In this document: positions 21,838-32,038 of the stretch, piece after piece
How the letters are laid out: each line of letters starts with the position of its first letter
Numbering within the stretch: position 1 is the stretch's first letter
Translations under genes and position numbers: made by a program
Source of the DNA: an uncultured delta proteobacterium
GTDB taxonomy: Bacteria; Desulfobacterota; Binatia; Binatales; Binataceae
Assembly: GCA_963794325.1 (NCBI GenBank)
Contig: CAWCDG010000004.1
Location: 1,184,001 to 1,248,000, forward strand
DNA length: 64,000 nucleotides
Direction: 5' to 3'
The notes under the pieces: model-generated
Database searches by the model: none
Seen by the model: the letters and a program-made list of their open reading frames with translations, nothing else
Told to the model about the DNA's origin: nothing

Positions 21838-23341
21838 CTATATCGGCAGCGTGAACGGCGTACCACAGACGTCGAACGTCACTGCTGGACGCGACGGCCA
21901 ACTTGGATCCTTCAGGTCCTTGGCCCACTGCTTGATGTCAGCCTCGAGCTCCTTGACCTTGTCGGGACACTTAGGCGCAACATTCGTGCTTTCGTTCAGA
22001 TCCGACTTCAGGTTGAATAGCATGGTATAGGTCCCATACTCAGTTCCGGTAGATTCCCACAGCTTCCAATCTCCTTTGCGAATCGAGACCAAAGGACTAC
22101 GTCGCCACATCAATTCATTGTGCGGCGTCCCGCTTTTATGGGCGGTCAGATAAGGAATGAGGTTAACCCCGTCATAGACCCGGTCCTTGGGCAGCGTTCC
22201 TCCCGCCGCGGCGACCGAAGTGGGGAACACGTCCAGCAGCGACACGACTCGATGGTCAACCTGACCCGGCTTGAACTTCGCCGGCCATCGAATCATGAAC
22301 GGCACGCGCATGCCGCCCTCGTAATGCGTCAGCTTTCCACCGCGCAACGGCTGACAACTGCAGATGCCGGGGATATAGCCCGCGCATCCATTGTCCGTCA
22401 GGAAAAAAATAAGTGTGTTGTTCGCCTGGCCGCTATCATCCACTGCCTTGAGCACTCGTCCGACCGCGTCATCCAGCGCCGATATCATGCCCGCGTAGGT
22501 CCTTAGTCCTTCATCCTTAATTTGTGGGAAGCGATTGTAGTACTTATCCGTCACCATGAACGGCGCGTGGGTCGCATTCGGTGCGAGATATAGGAAGTAC
22601 GGACGATGGTGTCCGCTATTACGATGTATATAATCGACAGCGCGATCTGCCCAGTACTCGGTAAGGTACTGCGACTCGTTATGCACTACCGTGCGATTCG
22701 GACCCTCGATAACCTGTGACAGCCGTCCTCGCGTATGTCGTAGGGGCCGCTCGCCGGTCGCGTCCGCATCAGCCGCGTGCCGCGGGTTCCAGAAGTGAAC
22801 GCCTGGCAGGCTGGGATCGATGTAAGCAGTCTCGCCGGGCAGGAATCCTACGAACTCGTCGTATCCGCGATTGGTCGGATAGAATTGATCCTGCGATCCT
22901 AGATGCCATTTGCCGATTGCTCCCGTGTGATAGCCATTCTTGCGCAGTTCGTCCGCAATCGTGATCTCGCCAACCGCCAGCCCCAATCCTTGCACCAGGT
23001 CGCGCAACGCCGGGCCATTGTTGAACTCGAACCCAAAGCGGTCCTGGTAACGGCCGGTCTGCAGTCCCGCCCGCGAAGGCGCGCATACGGGCGCGCTTGC
23101 GTATCCGTCGGTGAACTTGATTCCCTGGTCCCCGATTGAATCGATATTCGGGGTATCGATCCGATGAATCCCGTAGGCCGAGATATCCGCGTAGCCCAAA
23201 TCGTCGGCGAGTATCACGATGATGTTCGGCTTCTGACCTGGCGTCGCTTGAGCGGGCGCAGCCCACGCGCTCTTCAGTCTGGAAACGGCCCGCAACCGCG
23301 CAGCACAACACTAACGCCGCCGAGATCCATCGACGCTTCAT
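21838..23341 (-). pseudogene. Secreted arylsulfatase-family sulfatase with an apparent +1 frameshift in the signal peptide (pseudogene or sequence error)
   Basis: PNIIVILADDLG, CAPSRAG (CxPxR), GKWHLG; RBS-preceded MKRRWISAALVLCCAVA at 23341 joins the catalytic frame if one base near 23290 is removed. Confidence 0.8.
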
Positions 23342-23401
23342 CTTCTCTCCTATCATCCCACTCACTCAGGTTGGCAGTTCGTCAGCTTGCAGACGAAGCA
23401 C

Positions 23402-24445
23402 CTATACTCGTCCCGCCGCGCGCAACACATACAGCGCATCCGCCGTTACCCACTCGTTCATGCGGGCGCTTCCGGCTCCGCCCCAATCCACCTGGGAAAT
23501 CGATCCAAACCGCGTGCTCATATCCATGCTGGCCGACACCTTGTAGAACCGCCCGAGCGCGGCCCATCCACCTTTCGGCAGTTCCTTGCGCTCGAGTTGA
23601 TCGAGCGCGTCGGCGCAGCGCGGATCCTTGATAAGTCCTATCTCCGCCATCGCCACCAGTCCGCCAAGCATGTCGTAATGCCAATAGCGCGGATACTTCG
23701 GCCTCAACCAATGCGGCGAAATCACCTTCCCGTCGGTTTTACTCTTGAACAATCGCCGACTGAGAAAAATTTCCGACGCCTTCAACGCCGCCGCGCGCGC
23801 CGCGTCGTCTCCTGAGCGTTCCGCATGAGCCGCGAGTCCGAGCATCGGAAGCAGCGATTCGTTGAACGATGAAATATGCGCAGACGGCCTCCGATCGCAA
23901 TTCCATCCGCCGTCCGGCCATTGCCAATGAATCAATCTCTCCGCCAGTCTGTCGCTCCGTTTGTCCGCCAACCCCAGCCGCGTGATCGAGTAGAGCGCGT
24001 TGCCCTGCTGCGATCCGCATCGGCGATAGCGCCCCTGAATTATCGGAACGCCTTCCGCCTGCCTGATTTTCGGCACCGCGGTTTTCGACTCGAACTCCAT
24101 GTAAAAGGAGCCGTCCAGCCAACAATCGAGTACCTGCTCGCGCATCGGCAGCAGAGATTCGTCTCCCTCCGGATACCCAATCTCCGCCAGCATCGCGAGC
24201 GTCCAATGCGCCCCGCGCCACTTCGCGTACACATGCGCCTCGCGAACAAACTTCCGATCCCTTCCCGCGATTAACGCTCGCGCACGCGGCGACGTCCTGA
24301 TTTCTTCCCGCAGCTCCCGAACTTTCCGCGCCTCAGGATCTTCTCCCAAAACGCGAGTCATCACCTTCCACCGAACCGAAGGCTCTTCGCTCTTCAGCAG
24401 CGCCTCGATGACAGACTTCGATCGCGTTTCATAACGCAGCGCCAT
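23402..24445 (-). CDS. Prenyltransferase/squalene-cyclase-repeat-like hypothetical protein
   Basis: QWPDGGWNC, ELPKGGW, YPRYWHYD. Confidence 0.6.
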   Translation of the reverse strand: MALRYETRSKSVIEALLKSEEPSVRWKVMTRVLGEDPEARKVRELREEIRTSPRARALIAGRDRKFVREAHVYAKWRGAHWTLAMLAEIGYPEGDESLLPMREQVLDCWLDGSFYMEFESKTAVPKIRQAEGVPIIQGRYRRCGSQQGNALYSITRLGLADKRSDRLAERLIHWQWPDGGWNCDRRPSAHISSFNESLLPMLGLAAHAERSGDDAARAAALKASEIFLSRRLFKSKTDGKVISPHWLRPKYPRYWHYDMLGGLVAMAEIGLIKDPRCADALDQLERKELPKGGWAALGRFYKVSASMDMSTRFGSISQVDWGGAGSARMNEWVTADALYVLRAAGRV

Positions 24446-24494
24446 TCTGACAATTTCAAATCACCTCGATCAAACGGCCGCATCTTCCTCCGCA

Positions 24495-24543
24495 TTCCGG
24501 TTCCCTCTTCCCGCGAGGACCGAAGGGGTTAGGGGTTAGGTTC
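24495..24543 (+). repeat. Repeat family C copy
   Basis: TCCGGTTCCCTCTTCCCGCGAGGACCGAAGGGGTTAGGGGTTAGGTTC. Confidence 0.75.
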
Positions 24544-24601
24544 TTCGGACTTCGTCAGCAATGCAAGCGTTCCGAATTTTCTGTGGTATGAGTCACCAAC
24601 A

Positions 24602-25735
24602 ATGAAGCACGCGACCCAAATCAATCTCATCCACCAGATTTTCGATGCCATCGATCGCGGCACGCCGCCGATGGCTGAACGATTCACCCATAACGACCCG
24701 TTCGCGTACACCTCGCCGGAGCGTGCCGCCCGCGAGCGCGACGTGCTCTTCCGCCGTCATCCGATCGTCGCCGGCTTCAGCTCGCAGATTCCCAATCCCG
24801 GCGACTACCTCACCGAGGATCACGCGCCCGTGCCAATCATGGTCGTGCGAAACACCTCCGGCGACCTGCGCGCGTTCATCAACATCTGCCGCCATCGCGG
24901 CGCCAGGCTGGTCGACGGATGCGGCCACACCGCGAAGCTGTTTTCGTGCCCCTATCATGCTTGGAGCTATGACACCGACGGCCGCCTCGTCGCGATTCCC
25001 GACGACTACGGATTCGAAGGCCTCGATCGCGCCGCCAGCGGCCTCGTCGCGCTGCCAGTCGCCGAGAAGTACGGACTCATCTTCGTAACGCCAACGCCGA
25101 CAAGCAACGACACTATCGACATCGACGCGATGCTCGCCGGGCTCGGCGAAGACATCGAATCGTACGGCATCGGTGCGATGGCGCATCAGGAGACGCGCGT
25201 CGTCCGCCGCCGCATGAACTGGAAGCTGATGAGCGACACGTTCTGGGAGGCCTACCACATCAAGGTGCTGCACGCGCAGAACGTCGCCCCGCTGTTCGTC
25301 AAGAACCTCGCGATGTTCGACGCGTTCGGCCGCAACACCCGTTACATCGGCGTGCGCAAATCAATCGAGAAGCTGCGCGACCTGCCGCAAGAAAAGTGGG
25401 ACCTGATTCCGCACACGACCATCCTGATGAATCTCTTTCCCAACACGATCCTCGTGATGCAATCCGATCACGCCGAGGTTTACCGCATCTTTCCCGCCGG
25501 CGCGCACGCCGGCGAGAGCGTCGCGACCATCAGCATCCTCGCAGTCGAGCCGTCTCTGAAATGGTCGCGCACTATGGATCTCCTGCTCGGCGTGGTGGAC
25601 CAGGATTTCACGCTGGGCGAAGGAATCCAGCGCAACTTCGAATCCGGCGCGCTTAGGAGAGTGATGTACGGCCGCTACGAAAACGCCCTCGAACATTTCC
25701 ACCGCTCAATCCGCGAAGCTCTCGGCGAAGCGTGA
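24602..25735 (+). CDS. Rieske non-heme iron oxygenase alpha subunit
   Basis: CRHRG...CPYHAW; NWKL..DTFWEAYHIKVLH. Confidence 0.93.
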   Translation: MKHATQINLIHQIFDAIDRGTPPMAERFTHNDPFAYTSPERAARERDVLFRRHPIVAGFSSQIPNPGDYLTEDHAPVPIMVVRNTSGDLRAFINICRHRGARLVDGCGHTAKLFSCPYHAWSYDTDGRLVAIPDDYGFEGLDRAASGLVALPVAEKYGLIFVTPTPTSNDTIDIDAMLAGLGEDIESYGIGAMAHQETRVVRRRMNWKLMSDTFWEAYHIKVLHAQNVAPLFVKNLAMFDAFGRNTRYIGVRKSIEKLRDLPQEKWDLIPHTTILMNLFPNTILVMQSDHAEVYRIFPAGAHAGESVATISILAVEPSLKWSRTMDLLLGVVDQDFTLGEGIQRNFESGALRRVMYGRYENALEHFHRSIREALGEA

Positions 25736-25737
25736 GT

Positions 25738-26592
25738 TCAGATGACCCGGAATACCGGGACTTCGAATTCGGCGCGGTACTCACCTGCTCTCGCACTCAA
25801 TCGCCATACGATTCGGCTGGCTGGATTCGAATTGTCAGTCGGGCGGCGATCCGGTGCGATCATGAACGCGACTGGAATCGATCCGATCGAGTCGCTGATC
25901 GAAGTTTGATCGGCCTTCCACAAAATCCGATCCCAGGTCGTCAGACTATGCCAGTGGCCGCGCGTCGTGCGGTTGATGCATTCGAGCTCGAGCGCGACTT
26001 GCTCTCCCGCCGGCAGGGGCTTGTCGATATGAATCGAGCCGGTCAGCGCGCCGCCGATTTGTCCCGGCATCGACGCCATCATGAAGCGCGACTCGCCGTA
26101 TTCGCGGACTCGCCGCCGCATGCGCATCGCCCACATCAGCATCACGACGCCGATTGCCGGGAATATTAACGATGGCAGCGAGAAGTAGTCGGCGTTTCGG
26201 AGCGCGCGATGCGGCACGATGAACAAGATCGGAAACGTTGCGACGCACCATGCGATCGCGATGATCGTCAGCCGATTTGCGTCGCGCTTCGTGGAAGTGC
26301 GGACTTCGCCCGCCGCCCAGTCTTCGCGCCACATCCACGGCGCGTCGGGATTCGCCGCGCGCAGTCGCTCGGAAGGATCGACGCCGCGCGCGTGGAGGCG
26401 AACCCACCAGATCGCGCCGATGCCCGCGCCCGCGCATGCGATCGCGATCGACGCAGCGAGTGCCACCCGCTCCCAATTGCCTTCGCTCGCACGAGTCACC
26501 GCGACCATCGCGGCGAGAAGTGCCGCGATGGACAGCGGCGTGCCGAGAAACTTTATGAAGCCAGGGACGAACCGCTCGGGATATGTCTTCAA
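25738..26592 (-). CDS. Hypothetical membrane protein
   Basis: Four hydrophobic segments, PWMWREDW; TTG start overlaps the aroA stop. Confidence 0.65.
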   Translation of the reverse strand: MKTYPERFVPGFIKFLGTPLSIAALLAAMVAVTRASEGNWERVALAASIAIACAGAGIGAIWWVRLHARGVDPSERLRAANPDAPWMWREDWAAGEVRTSTKRDANRLTIIAIAWCVATFPILFIVPHRALRNADYFSLPSLIFPAIGVVMLMWAMRMRRRVREYGESRFMMASMPGQIGGALTGSIHIDKPLPAGEQVALELECINRTTRGHWHSLTTWDRILWKADQTSISDSIGSIPVAFMIAPDRRPTDNSNPASRIVWRLSARAGEYRAEFEVPVFRVI

Positions 26593-27869
26593 CGGAGCGC
26601 GGCGAGGCGATCGAAGAAATCCGGGAAGGTTTTCGCGACGCATCCGGGCTGCTTGATTTTCACGCCGCCGAGCTTCAGGCCCGTCACCGCGAAACTCATC
26701 GCGATACGATGATCGTCATAAGTCTCAACGACCGCCGGATGCATCGCCGACGGCGCAATCTCCAGTCCGTCTTCGTTCTCGACGACGGTCGCGCCCAGCC
26801 GCCGGAGTTCGGTCGCGAGCGCGCGGATGCGATCGCTTTCGTGATGCCGGATGAACGCGACGTTGCGGATTGTCGTCGGCGACGATGCGAACGGGGCAAT
26901 CGCCGCGAGCGTCGCGACCATGTCCGGCATCGAGTTCATCGCAACGTTGACGCCGGTGAGTTTTCCGGTTCCCACGACCTCGACGTGATCGCTATGCCAC
27001 ACGACGCGCGCGCCCATCTGCTGCAGCACGCCGAGAAAACCGACGTCACCCTGTACCGAGCTCGAGGTCAGGCCCTCGATTCGCACAGTTCCGCCGACCA
27101 GCGCTGCGGCCGCCGCGAAGTAACTCGCGCTCGACGCGTCCGGCTCGACGACGAAACGCTGCGCCCGATACCACTGCCCACCCGGCACCACGATCGTTTC
27201 GCCTTCGACCGAGTGATGCGCTCCCCACACTTCCATCAGCCGCAGCGTCATATCGATGAACGGCCGCGCCGCGTCGCCGATCACGCGCAGCTTGAGGCCC
27301 GACTTCCAAATCGGCGCCGGCATCAGCATCGCCGAAACGAACTGCGACGACACGCGCGCATCGATCGAGGTCTCGCCGCCCTCGAAGCGGGCCCGCGACG
27401 CATCGACGATCACCGGCGGACAGTTGTTATTGCGCTCGCTGTACACGCTCGCGCCGAGGCGTTGCATCGCGTCGAGCTGCGGCCCGATCGGACGCTGGCG
27501 CATCCGCTGATTCCCGTCGATTTGAAAACGCCCCTCGCCGAGCGTGACCATCGCGACGATGAAGCGCATCACGGTGCCGGCGCCGCCGACAAAAATCTCA
27601 CCGCCATGAGCCGGGATCGTGCCGCCACGCCCGCTGATCGTGATCCTGCGCGCGGGCTCGTCGATCTCGACGCCGAAGCCCATCACCCTGAGCGCGTCGC
27701 TCATGTAGCGCGTGTCGTCGCTCAGCAGGACCGAGTCGAGCACCGATCGCCCCTGCGCCAGCGCCGCCAGCACCATCGCGCGATTCGTGATGCTCTTGGA
27801 ACCGGGCAGCACCACGCGCGCGTCGAGCGGCCCGCTCACCGGAGTTATTTCGATCTCTTCAGTATCCAT
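26589..27869 (-). CDS. aroA: 3-phosphoshikimate 1-carboxyvinyltransferase
   Basis: PGSKSITNR, AGTVMRF, SSQFVSA, ESDRI, DDHRIAM, KTFPDF. Confidence 0.96.
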   Translation of the reverse strand: MDTEEIEITPVSGPLDARVVLPGSKSITNRAMVLAALAQGRSVLDSVLLSDDTRYMSDALRVMGFGVEIDEPARRITISGRGGTIPAHGGEIFVGGAGTVMRFIVAMVTLGEGRFQIDGNQRMRQRPIGPQLDAMQRLGASVYSERNNNCPPVIVDASRARFEGGETSIDARVSSQFVSAMLMPAPIWKSGLKLRVIGDAARPFIDMTLRLMEVWGAHHSVEGETIVVPGGQWYRAQRFVVEPDASSASYFAAAAALVGGTVRIEGLTSSSVQGDVGFLGVLQQMGARVVWHSDHVEVVGTGKLTGVNVAMNSMPDMVATLAAIAPFASSPTTIRNVAFIRHHESDRIRALATELRRLGATVVENEDGLEIAPSAMHPAVVETYDDHRIAMSFAVTGLKLGGVKIKQPGCVAKTFPDFFDRLAALR

Positions 27870-28032
27870 TCCAGTTTTTTCAGTGTCTATTCCAGATTAA
27901 CCGGGCCAATTGATGGGTAACAAGCGTGGGTTCCTAACCAGTAGCGCCTTCGGGGGTTATTGCCTCATCCTTGACGCTACGATTACAGTAGCCAAAGCTA
28001 CTGGCAGTAGGGCTCAGGGGAGGTTGAACGCC

Positions 28033-28581
28033 ATGAGACTGATCAATTTGATCGTACCGGCCGCGATGATTGCGGCGATCGCATTGTTCGCGCCGCACGC
28101 TGACGCGCAAACGATGGGCGAGTACGCGACAACAACGGCCGGGGTTGGGTCCGGTGCCTCCTCAATCGGTACCAGCATTTCGAACACAGTCGGCTCGGAC
28201 AATGTCGGCGGCGATTCGAGGACCTGGGGAGCGAGCTCACTAGGTGGCAGCTTTCAAGACCGGGCCGGAGCCATGTCGTCATCCGGAGCCGGAGCGGATT
28301 TCGATTCGCGCGCCGGATCGATGACGGGCGGGTCGACCTCCGCATCGCGCTGGCCCGCGGCGTCACAGTTTAGTAGCAGCGAATCGGCGAACCGATTCGG
28401 TGATTCCGGTGACGGCGCCTCCGGGAGATTTTCCACGACGGATCGATTCACCGAGCGCACCGACCTGTCCGCATCGTCGTCGGACCGCTTTCCACAGAGC
28501 CAGTTCAACGATAACCGGATGGGCCTGGACACCCACTTCAGCGCTTCCTCGGGGTTGGACAGCAGCCACAGTTCGAACTGA
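28033..28581 (+). CDS. Secreted Ser/Gly-rich low-complexity protein
   Basis: Signal peptide ending HADA; recurring xRF/xRW units. Confidence 0.7.
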   Translation: MRLINLIVPAAMIAAIALFAPHADAQTMGEYATTTAGVGSGASSIGTSISNTVGSDNVGGDSRTWGASSLGGSFQDRAGAMSSSGAGADFDSRAGSMTGGSTSASRWPAASQFSSSESANRFGDSGDGASGRFSTTDRFTERTDLSASSSDRFPQSQFNDNRMGLDTHFSASSGLDSSHSSN

Positions 28582-28596
28582 CGCCGCCGCGAATCG

Positions 28597-29073
28597 CTAG
28601 CTGTGCGCCTCGACATTGCGACGGATTCGCTCCTTGCTCGCGGCCGGCCACACGTCGTCAATCTTGTAGGCCGTTTCGAATGCGGTCGCACCTTCGGGAA
28701 GTCTCACCCACGGCAGCTTGCTTCTCGTGAAAATATGAACGTCGGGTGTGATGGCGTCGGGATTGTCCAGCGTCCCCGCGCGAACGAATAGGGCCTCGCC
28801 GCCGGGCGCGACCGCATAGCGGCTCCAGACGTAGGTCCCGCACTTGTCGCAGAAGAACGCCTCGTGATCCTTGCCGGTGCCTCCTTTGAGTAGGACTGCC
28901 TTAGGCGTCGCACCAGTTCTTTCAACGAACTTCTTCTCGATCCAGATGTTGATCACAAAGCCGCTGCCGGTGACGCGCTGGCAATCGCGGCAGTGACATG
29001 CGTGAACGATTAACGGACTATTAGTCAGCTTGTAGCGGATCGCACCGCATGAACATCCACCTTCGAGATTCAT
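28597..29073 (-). CDS. GFA-family zinc protein
   Basis: GGCSCGAIRY, CHCRDCQR, FCDKCGT. Confidence 0.92.
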   Translation of the reverse strand: MNLEGGCSCGAIRYKLTNSPLIVHACHCRDCQRVTGSGFVINIWIEKKFVERTGATPKAVLLKGGTGKDHEAFFCDKCGTYVWSRYAVAPGGEALFVRAGTLDNPDAITPDVHIFTRSKLPWVRLPEGATAFETAYKIDDVWPAASKERIRRNVEAHS

Positions 29074-29141
29074 AGAAGCCTCCTGAACGCATTTGGGACT
29101 GCCTTGACCTGGAGTCTTGTCAAGGCAGTCCCGCAGCTTGC

Positions 29142-29504
29142 TTACTCTTCCTGATGCGAGACGGCTTCGATGTTGTTGCCGTCGGGATCCTTTACGAACC
29201 CGCCGTAGTAGTTCGCATGATACTGGGGCCGGAGTCCCGGCTTACCGTTGTCCTTGCCGCCGGCCGGCAACGCGGCGTCATAGAACTTCTTCACGGCAGC
29301 GCGGTCCTTAGCCGCAAATGCGATATGCACGGGTCCGTTAGCCTCGCCCTGCGCTAACCACAAGGCCGGCGCGTCCTTGGGGCCGAAGCCCAACATTCCG
29401 TCGCCTTCGTACTGCACGCTGAAACCCAGCGGCGCCAGCGCGGCCGTGTAGAAGCGCTTGCTCGAGTTGAGGTCCTTCACCTTTAACATTACGTGATCAA
29501 ACAT
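29142..29504 (-). CDS. VOC/glyoxalase-family protein
   Basis: FDHV, HIAFAA, DNGKPGLRPQY, DPDGNNIEAV. Confidence 0.92.
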   Translation of the reverse strand: MFDHVMLKVKDLNSSKRFYTAALAPLGFSVQYEGDGMLGFGPKDAPALWLAQGEANGPVHIAFAAKDRAAVKKFYDAALPAGGKDNGKPGLRPQYHANYYGGFVKDPDGNNIEAVSHQEE

Positions 29505-29550
29505 GACTCTCTCCTTCTAAGTGAGTTTCGAACTTCTATCTGCCAGACTC

Positions 29551-29805
29551 TTATACGCGCCCGCGCCATGCGGGCATGTCCTTGAGCATTGCGCGCGCCA
29601 TCGCGTCGGCGGCCGCGGGTGTGACGCCCTGCGACTCGACGTAGAAGCGCACGTTGGTCTCGAGCACCTGGTCGAAAGGAAGCAATTCGCCTCGCGCGTC
29701 AGTGCAATGACGGCAGTAGGGACGCGTCACGTCGCCGAGCGCAAAGTCCTCGGGCCTCTCCATCGGCATTCCGCATGAACCACAAGCGGGACATTTTTCA
29801 GCCAT
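29551..29805 (-). CDS. Putative zinc-ribbon protein
   Basis: CGSCGMPM, YCRHC, MPAW. Confidence 0.8.
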   Translation of the reverse strand: MAEKCPACGSCGMPMERPEDFALGDVTRPYCRHCTDARGELLPFDQVLETNVRFYVESQGVTPAAADAMARAMLKDMPAWRGRV

Positions 29806-29819
29806 CGTCTTATCTCCTT

Positions 29820-30407
29820 CTAGGGTTTAACCAGCGACATAAAATGATTCACCAGGGCGTCTCCTTGCTCTGCGATCACGGAGTTCCCGGTGGCGAACAC
29901 GTCCCGATTGACTAGATAGTGATGGACCAGTCCTATCCAGGTATTGAACAGCAGCGGCCGATCGATTTTGCGCGCGCGGCCGGCTTTGCGCTCGCGTTCC
30001 AGTGCCTGGAACAGTTCATAGGACACGGCCGCGTGCAGCAGCATCAGGGTGCTGCGCACTTTCGGCGGCAGCATCGGAGCTTCGGTCACCAGCCGCGCGT
30101 AGAAGGGCTCGAGTTCAGCGAGGACTCGCAGATGGGCCTGCAAGACTGCGCGCAGGCCAAGGTCATGCTCGAAGGCCTGGCGGAATTCGGCAGAGAGGCG
30201 GCGCCCGAACTCGTCGATCACCGCGATCACGAGATCGTCGCGGGTCGGAAAATGCAGGAACACGACACCGTGCGACATCCGAACCGCCTTGGCGACGTCG
30301 GCGGTGGTGGTATTCAAGATCCCCTTGCGCGCGAACAGCGCCATGGCCGCATTGACCAACCGGTCCCGCGTCACCACTTTCTGCTCCTGTCGCGTCACTG
30401 CCTGCAT
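29820..30407 (-). CDS. TetR/AcrR-family regulator
   Basis: N-terminal HTH TTTADVAKAVRMSHGVVFLHFPTRDDL. Confidence 0.92.
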   Translation of the reverse strand: MQAVTRQEQKVVTRDRLVNAAMALFARKGILNTTTADVAKAVRMSHGVVFLHFPTRDDLVIAVIDEFGRRLSAEFRQAFEHDLGLRAVLQAHLRVLAELEPFYARLVTEAPMLPPKVRSTLMLLHAAVSYELFQALERERKAGRARKIDRPLLFNTWIGLVHHYLVNRDVFATGNSVIAEQGDALVNHFMSLVKP

Positions 30408-30430
30408 CGTTCGTCTCTCATGCTTCTAGA

Positions 30431-30488
30431 CTGAGTATCAACTCAGTGAGTGTGAGCTCACCATACGGCCAACGCATGAGTTTGTCAA
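30431..30488 (-). promoter_or_regulatory. Sigma70-type promoter with tandem TetR-like operators
   Basis: Minus strand TTGACA-17 nt-TATGGT, followed by palindromes GTGAG..CTCAC and CTGAGT-ATCA-ACTCAG. Confidence 0.65.
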
Positions 30489-30521
30489 GCGGGATTTATT
30501 CCTGAAAACTGAAGCCCTCAG

Positions 30522-31488
30522 ATGCTCGCAGCTATATCCAGCGATCGAACCTTACGCGCACGGGATGCTCGAGGTCGGTGAAGGCAACCTCGTGTATTGG
30601 GAGATCTGCGGAAATCCACGCGGCAAGGCGGCCGTCGTGCTGCATGGCGGTCCTGGATCGGGATGCATTCCGTGGCATCGAAGGCTGTTCGATCCGGGAG
30701 CGTATCGCATCGTGCTCTTCGATCAGCGCAACTGCGGACGAAGCACGCCGCACGCGAGCGCGCCCGACACAGACCTCGCGAGCAACAACACCGCGAACCT
30801 CATCGCGGACATTGAGCGATTGCGCGAGCATCTTGGCATCGAGCGATGGATGGTGCTCGGCGGATCGTGGGGCAGCACGCTCGCGCTCGCTTATGCCGAA
30901 CGTTATCCGAATCGCGTTTCTGAAATAATTTTGTTTGGCGTGACCACTGGACGCCGCAAAGAATTTGATTGGACGTTTCGCGGAGGATTAGCTGACCTGT
31001 TCCCCGAGCAATGGAATCGTCTGCGCGATGCGGTTCCTGTAGCGCTAAGAGACGACGATATCATCGACGCGTACTGCCGCCTGCTGAACGATCCCGACGC
31101 ATCTATTCGCGAACAAGCCGCGCTGGCGTGGTGCACGTGGGAGTCCGCGACGCCTGCATGGCCGCCTGTGCCGGAGCTGTCGCCGCGCTTCAGAGATCCC
31201 GCTTTCAGGATGGCGTTCGCGCGCATCGTGACGCACTACGTTCGGCACAATGCCTGGCTCGAGGACAACCGCCTGCTGCGCGACGCGCCGGCGATCGCCG
31301 ACATTCCCGGCATCATGGTAAAAGGACGCTTCGATCTGCAGGCGCCAATCGGTTGGGCCTATGACCTCAAGCGCGTCTGGCCGCGCGCTAAGCTGGTGAT
31401 CGTCGACAACGCCGGCCACGACGCCTCGAACGCGGGCATCACCGACGAGCTGATCCGCGCGACAGATCAATTCGCGCACAACGCTTAG
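30522..31488 (+). CDS. pip: Proline iminopeptidase, with a probable one-base frameshift just after the first ATG
   Basis: LHGGPG, DQRNCGRS, GGSWG, AGH; the family N-terminal LYPAIEPY lies upstream of the in-frame ATG at 30565. Confidence 0.85.
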
Positions 31489-32038
31489 AACAGCGAGCCG
31501 TGGCCGTCTCTGGACAATACTTAATCTCCGCGATTGCGATCGTCGCTCAGCCTTATGCGATGATCGCCTACGAAATTGCGCGCCGACGGCGCGGCTATTC
31601 TCAGTTCCAACGCTCCACTGCGGAGACGATCCTGGCTGGCACTGTGCTCGCGGGCATCGCCCCGTCATATACGCGGCTTTCCTAACCGCCTCTTTGGGCG
31701 AACCGTTGCTTCTAGCCGTTTGCATCGGTTTTGCCGTGTTCGATCTGTTGGCCGCCGTCTTCATACTCGGCCTGACGCCAGTCGCCTTCGTTGCCCCAAC
31801 TGTTCTCACTCTGTGAGCAGCAATCAATGTTCTTTTCGCTCTCCGTGTTGGTAATCCCCTTTTCATTTTGCCGTCCATTGCGTTTTCAGTTCTTGCTTTA
31901 AGATCGATCGTACGGACCTTAAGGCGTGGCGGAGAGACGAAAGCGACCTGAGCTGCATCGGACGCGGAGATCTTGCAGCAATTGGTCTGCGCAACCGACC
32001 GATTCGCTAAATCCTGAAAGAACTAGAACAGCGAGCCG
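31486..32038. mobile_element. Insertion remnant bounded by 15-bp direct repeats
   Basis: TAGAACAGCGAGCCG at 31486-31500 and at 32024-32038. Confidence 0.55.
31500..32010 (+). pseudogene. Decayed membrane-protein gene
   Basis: Hydrophobic reading broken by a frameshift near 31662 and a TGA at 31814. Confidence 0.4.

Noticed and set aside
31814-31816. In-frame TGA as a second selenocysteine codon
   Set aside because: It lies in a hydrophobic segment with no redox motif or clear SECIS, and the frame has another lesion.
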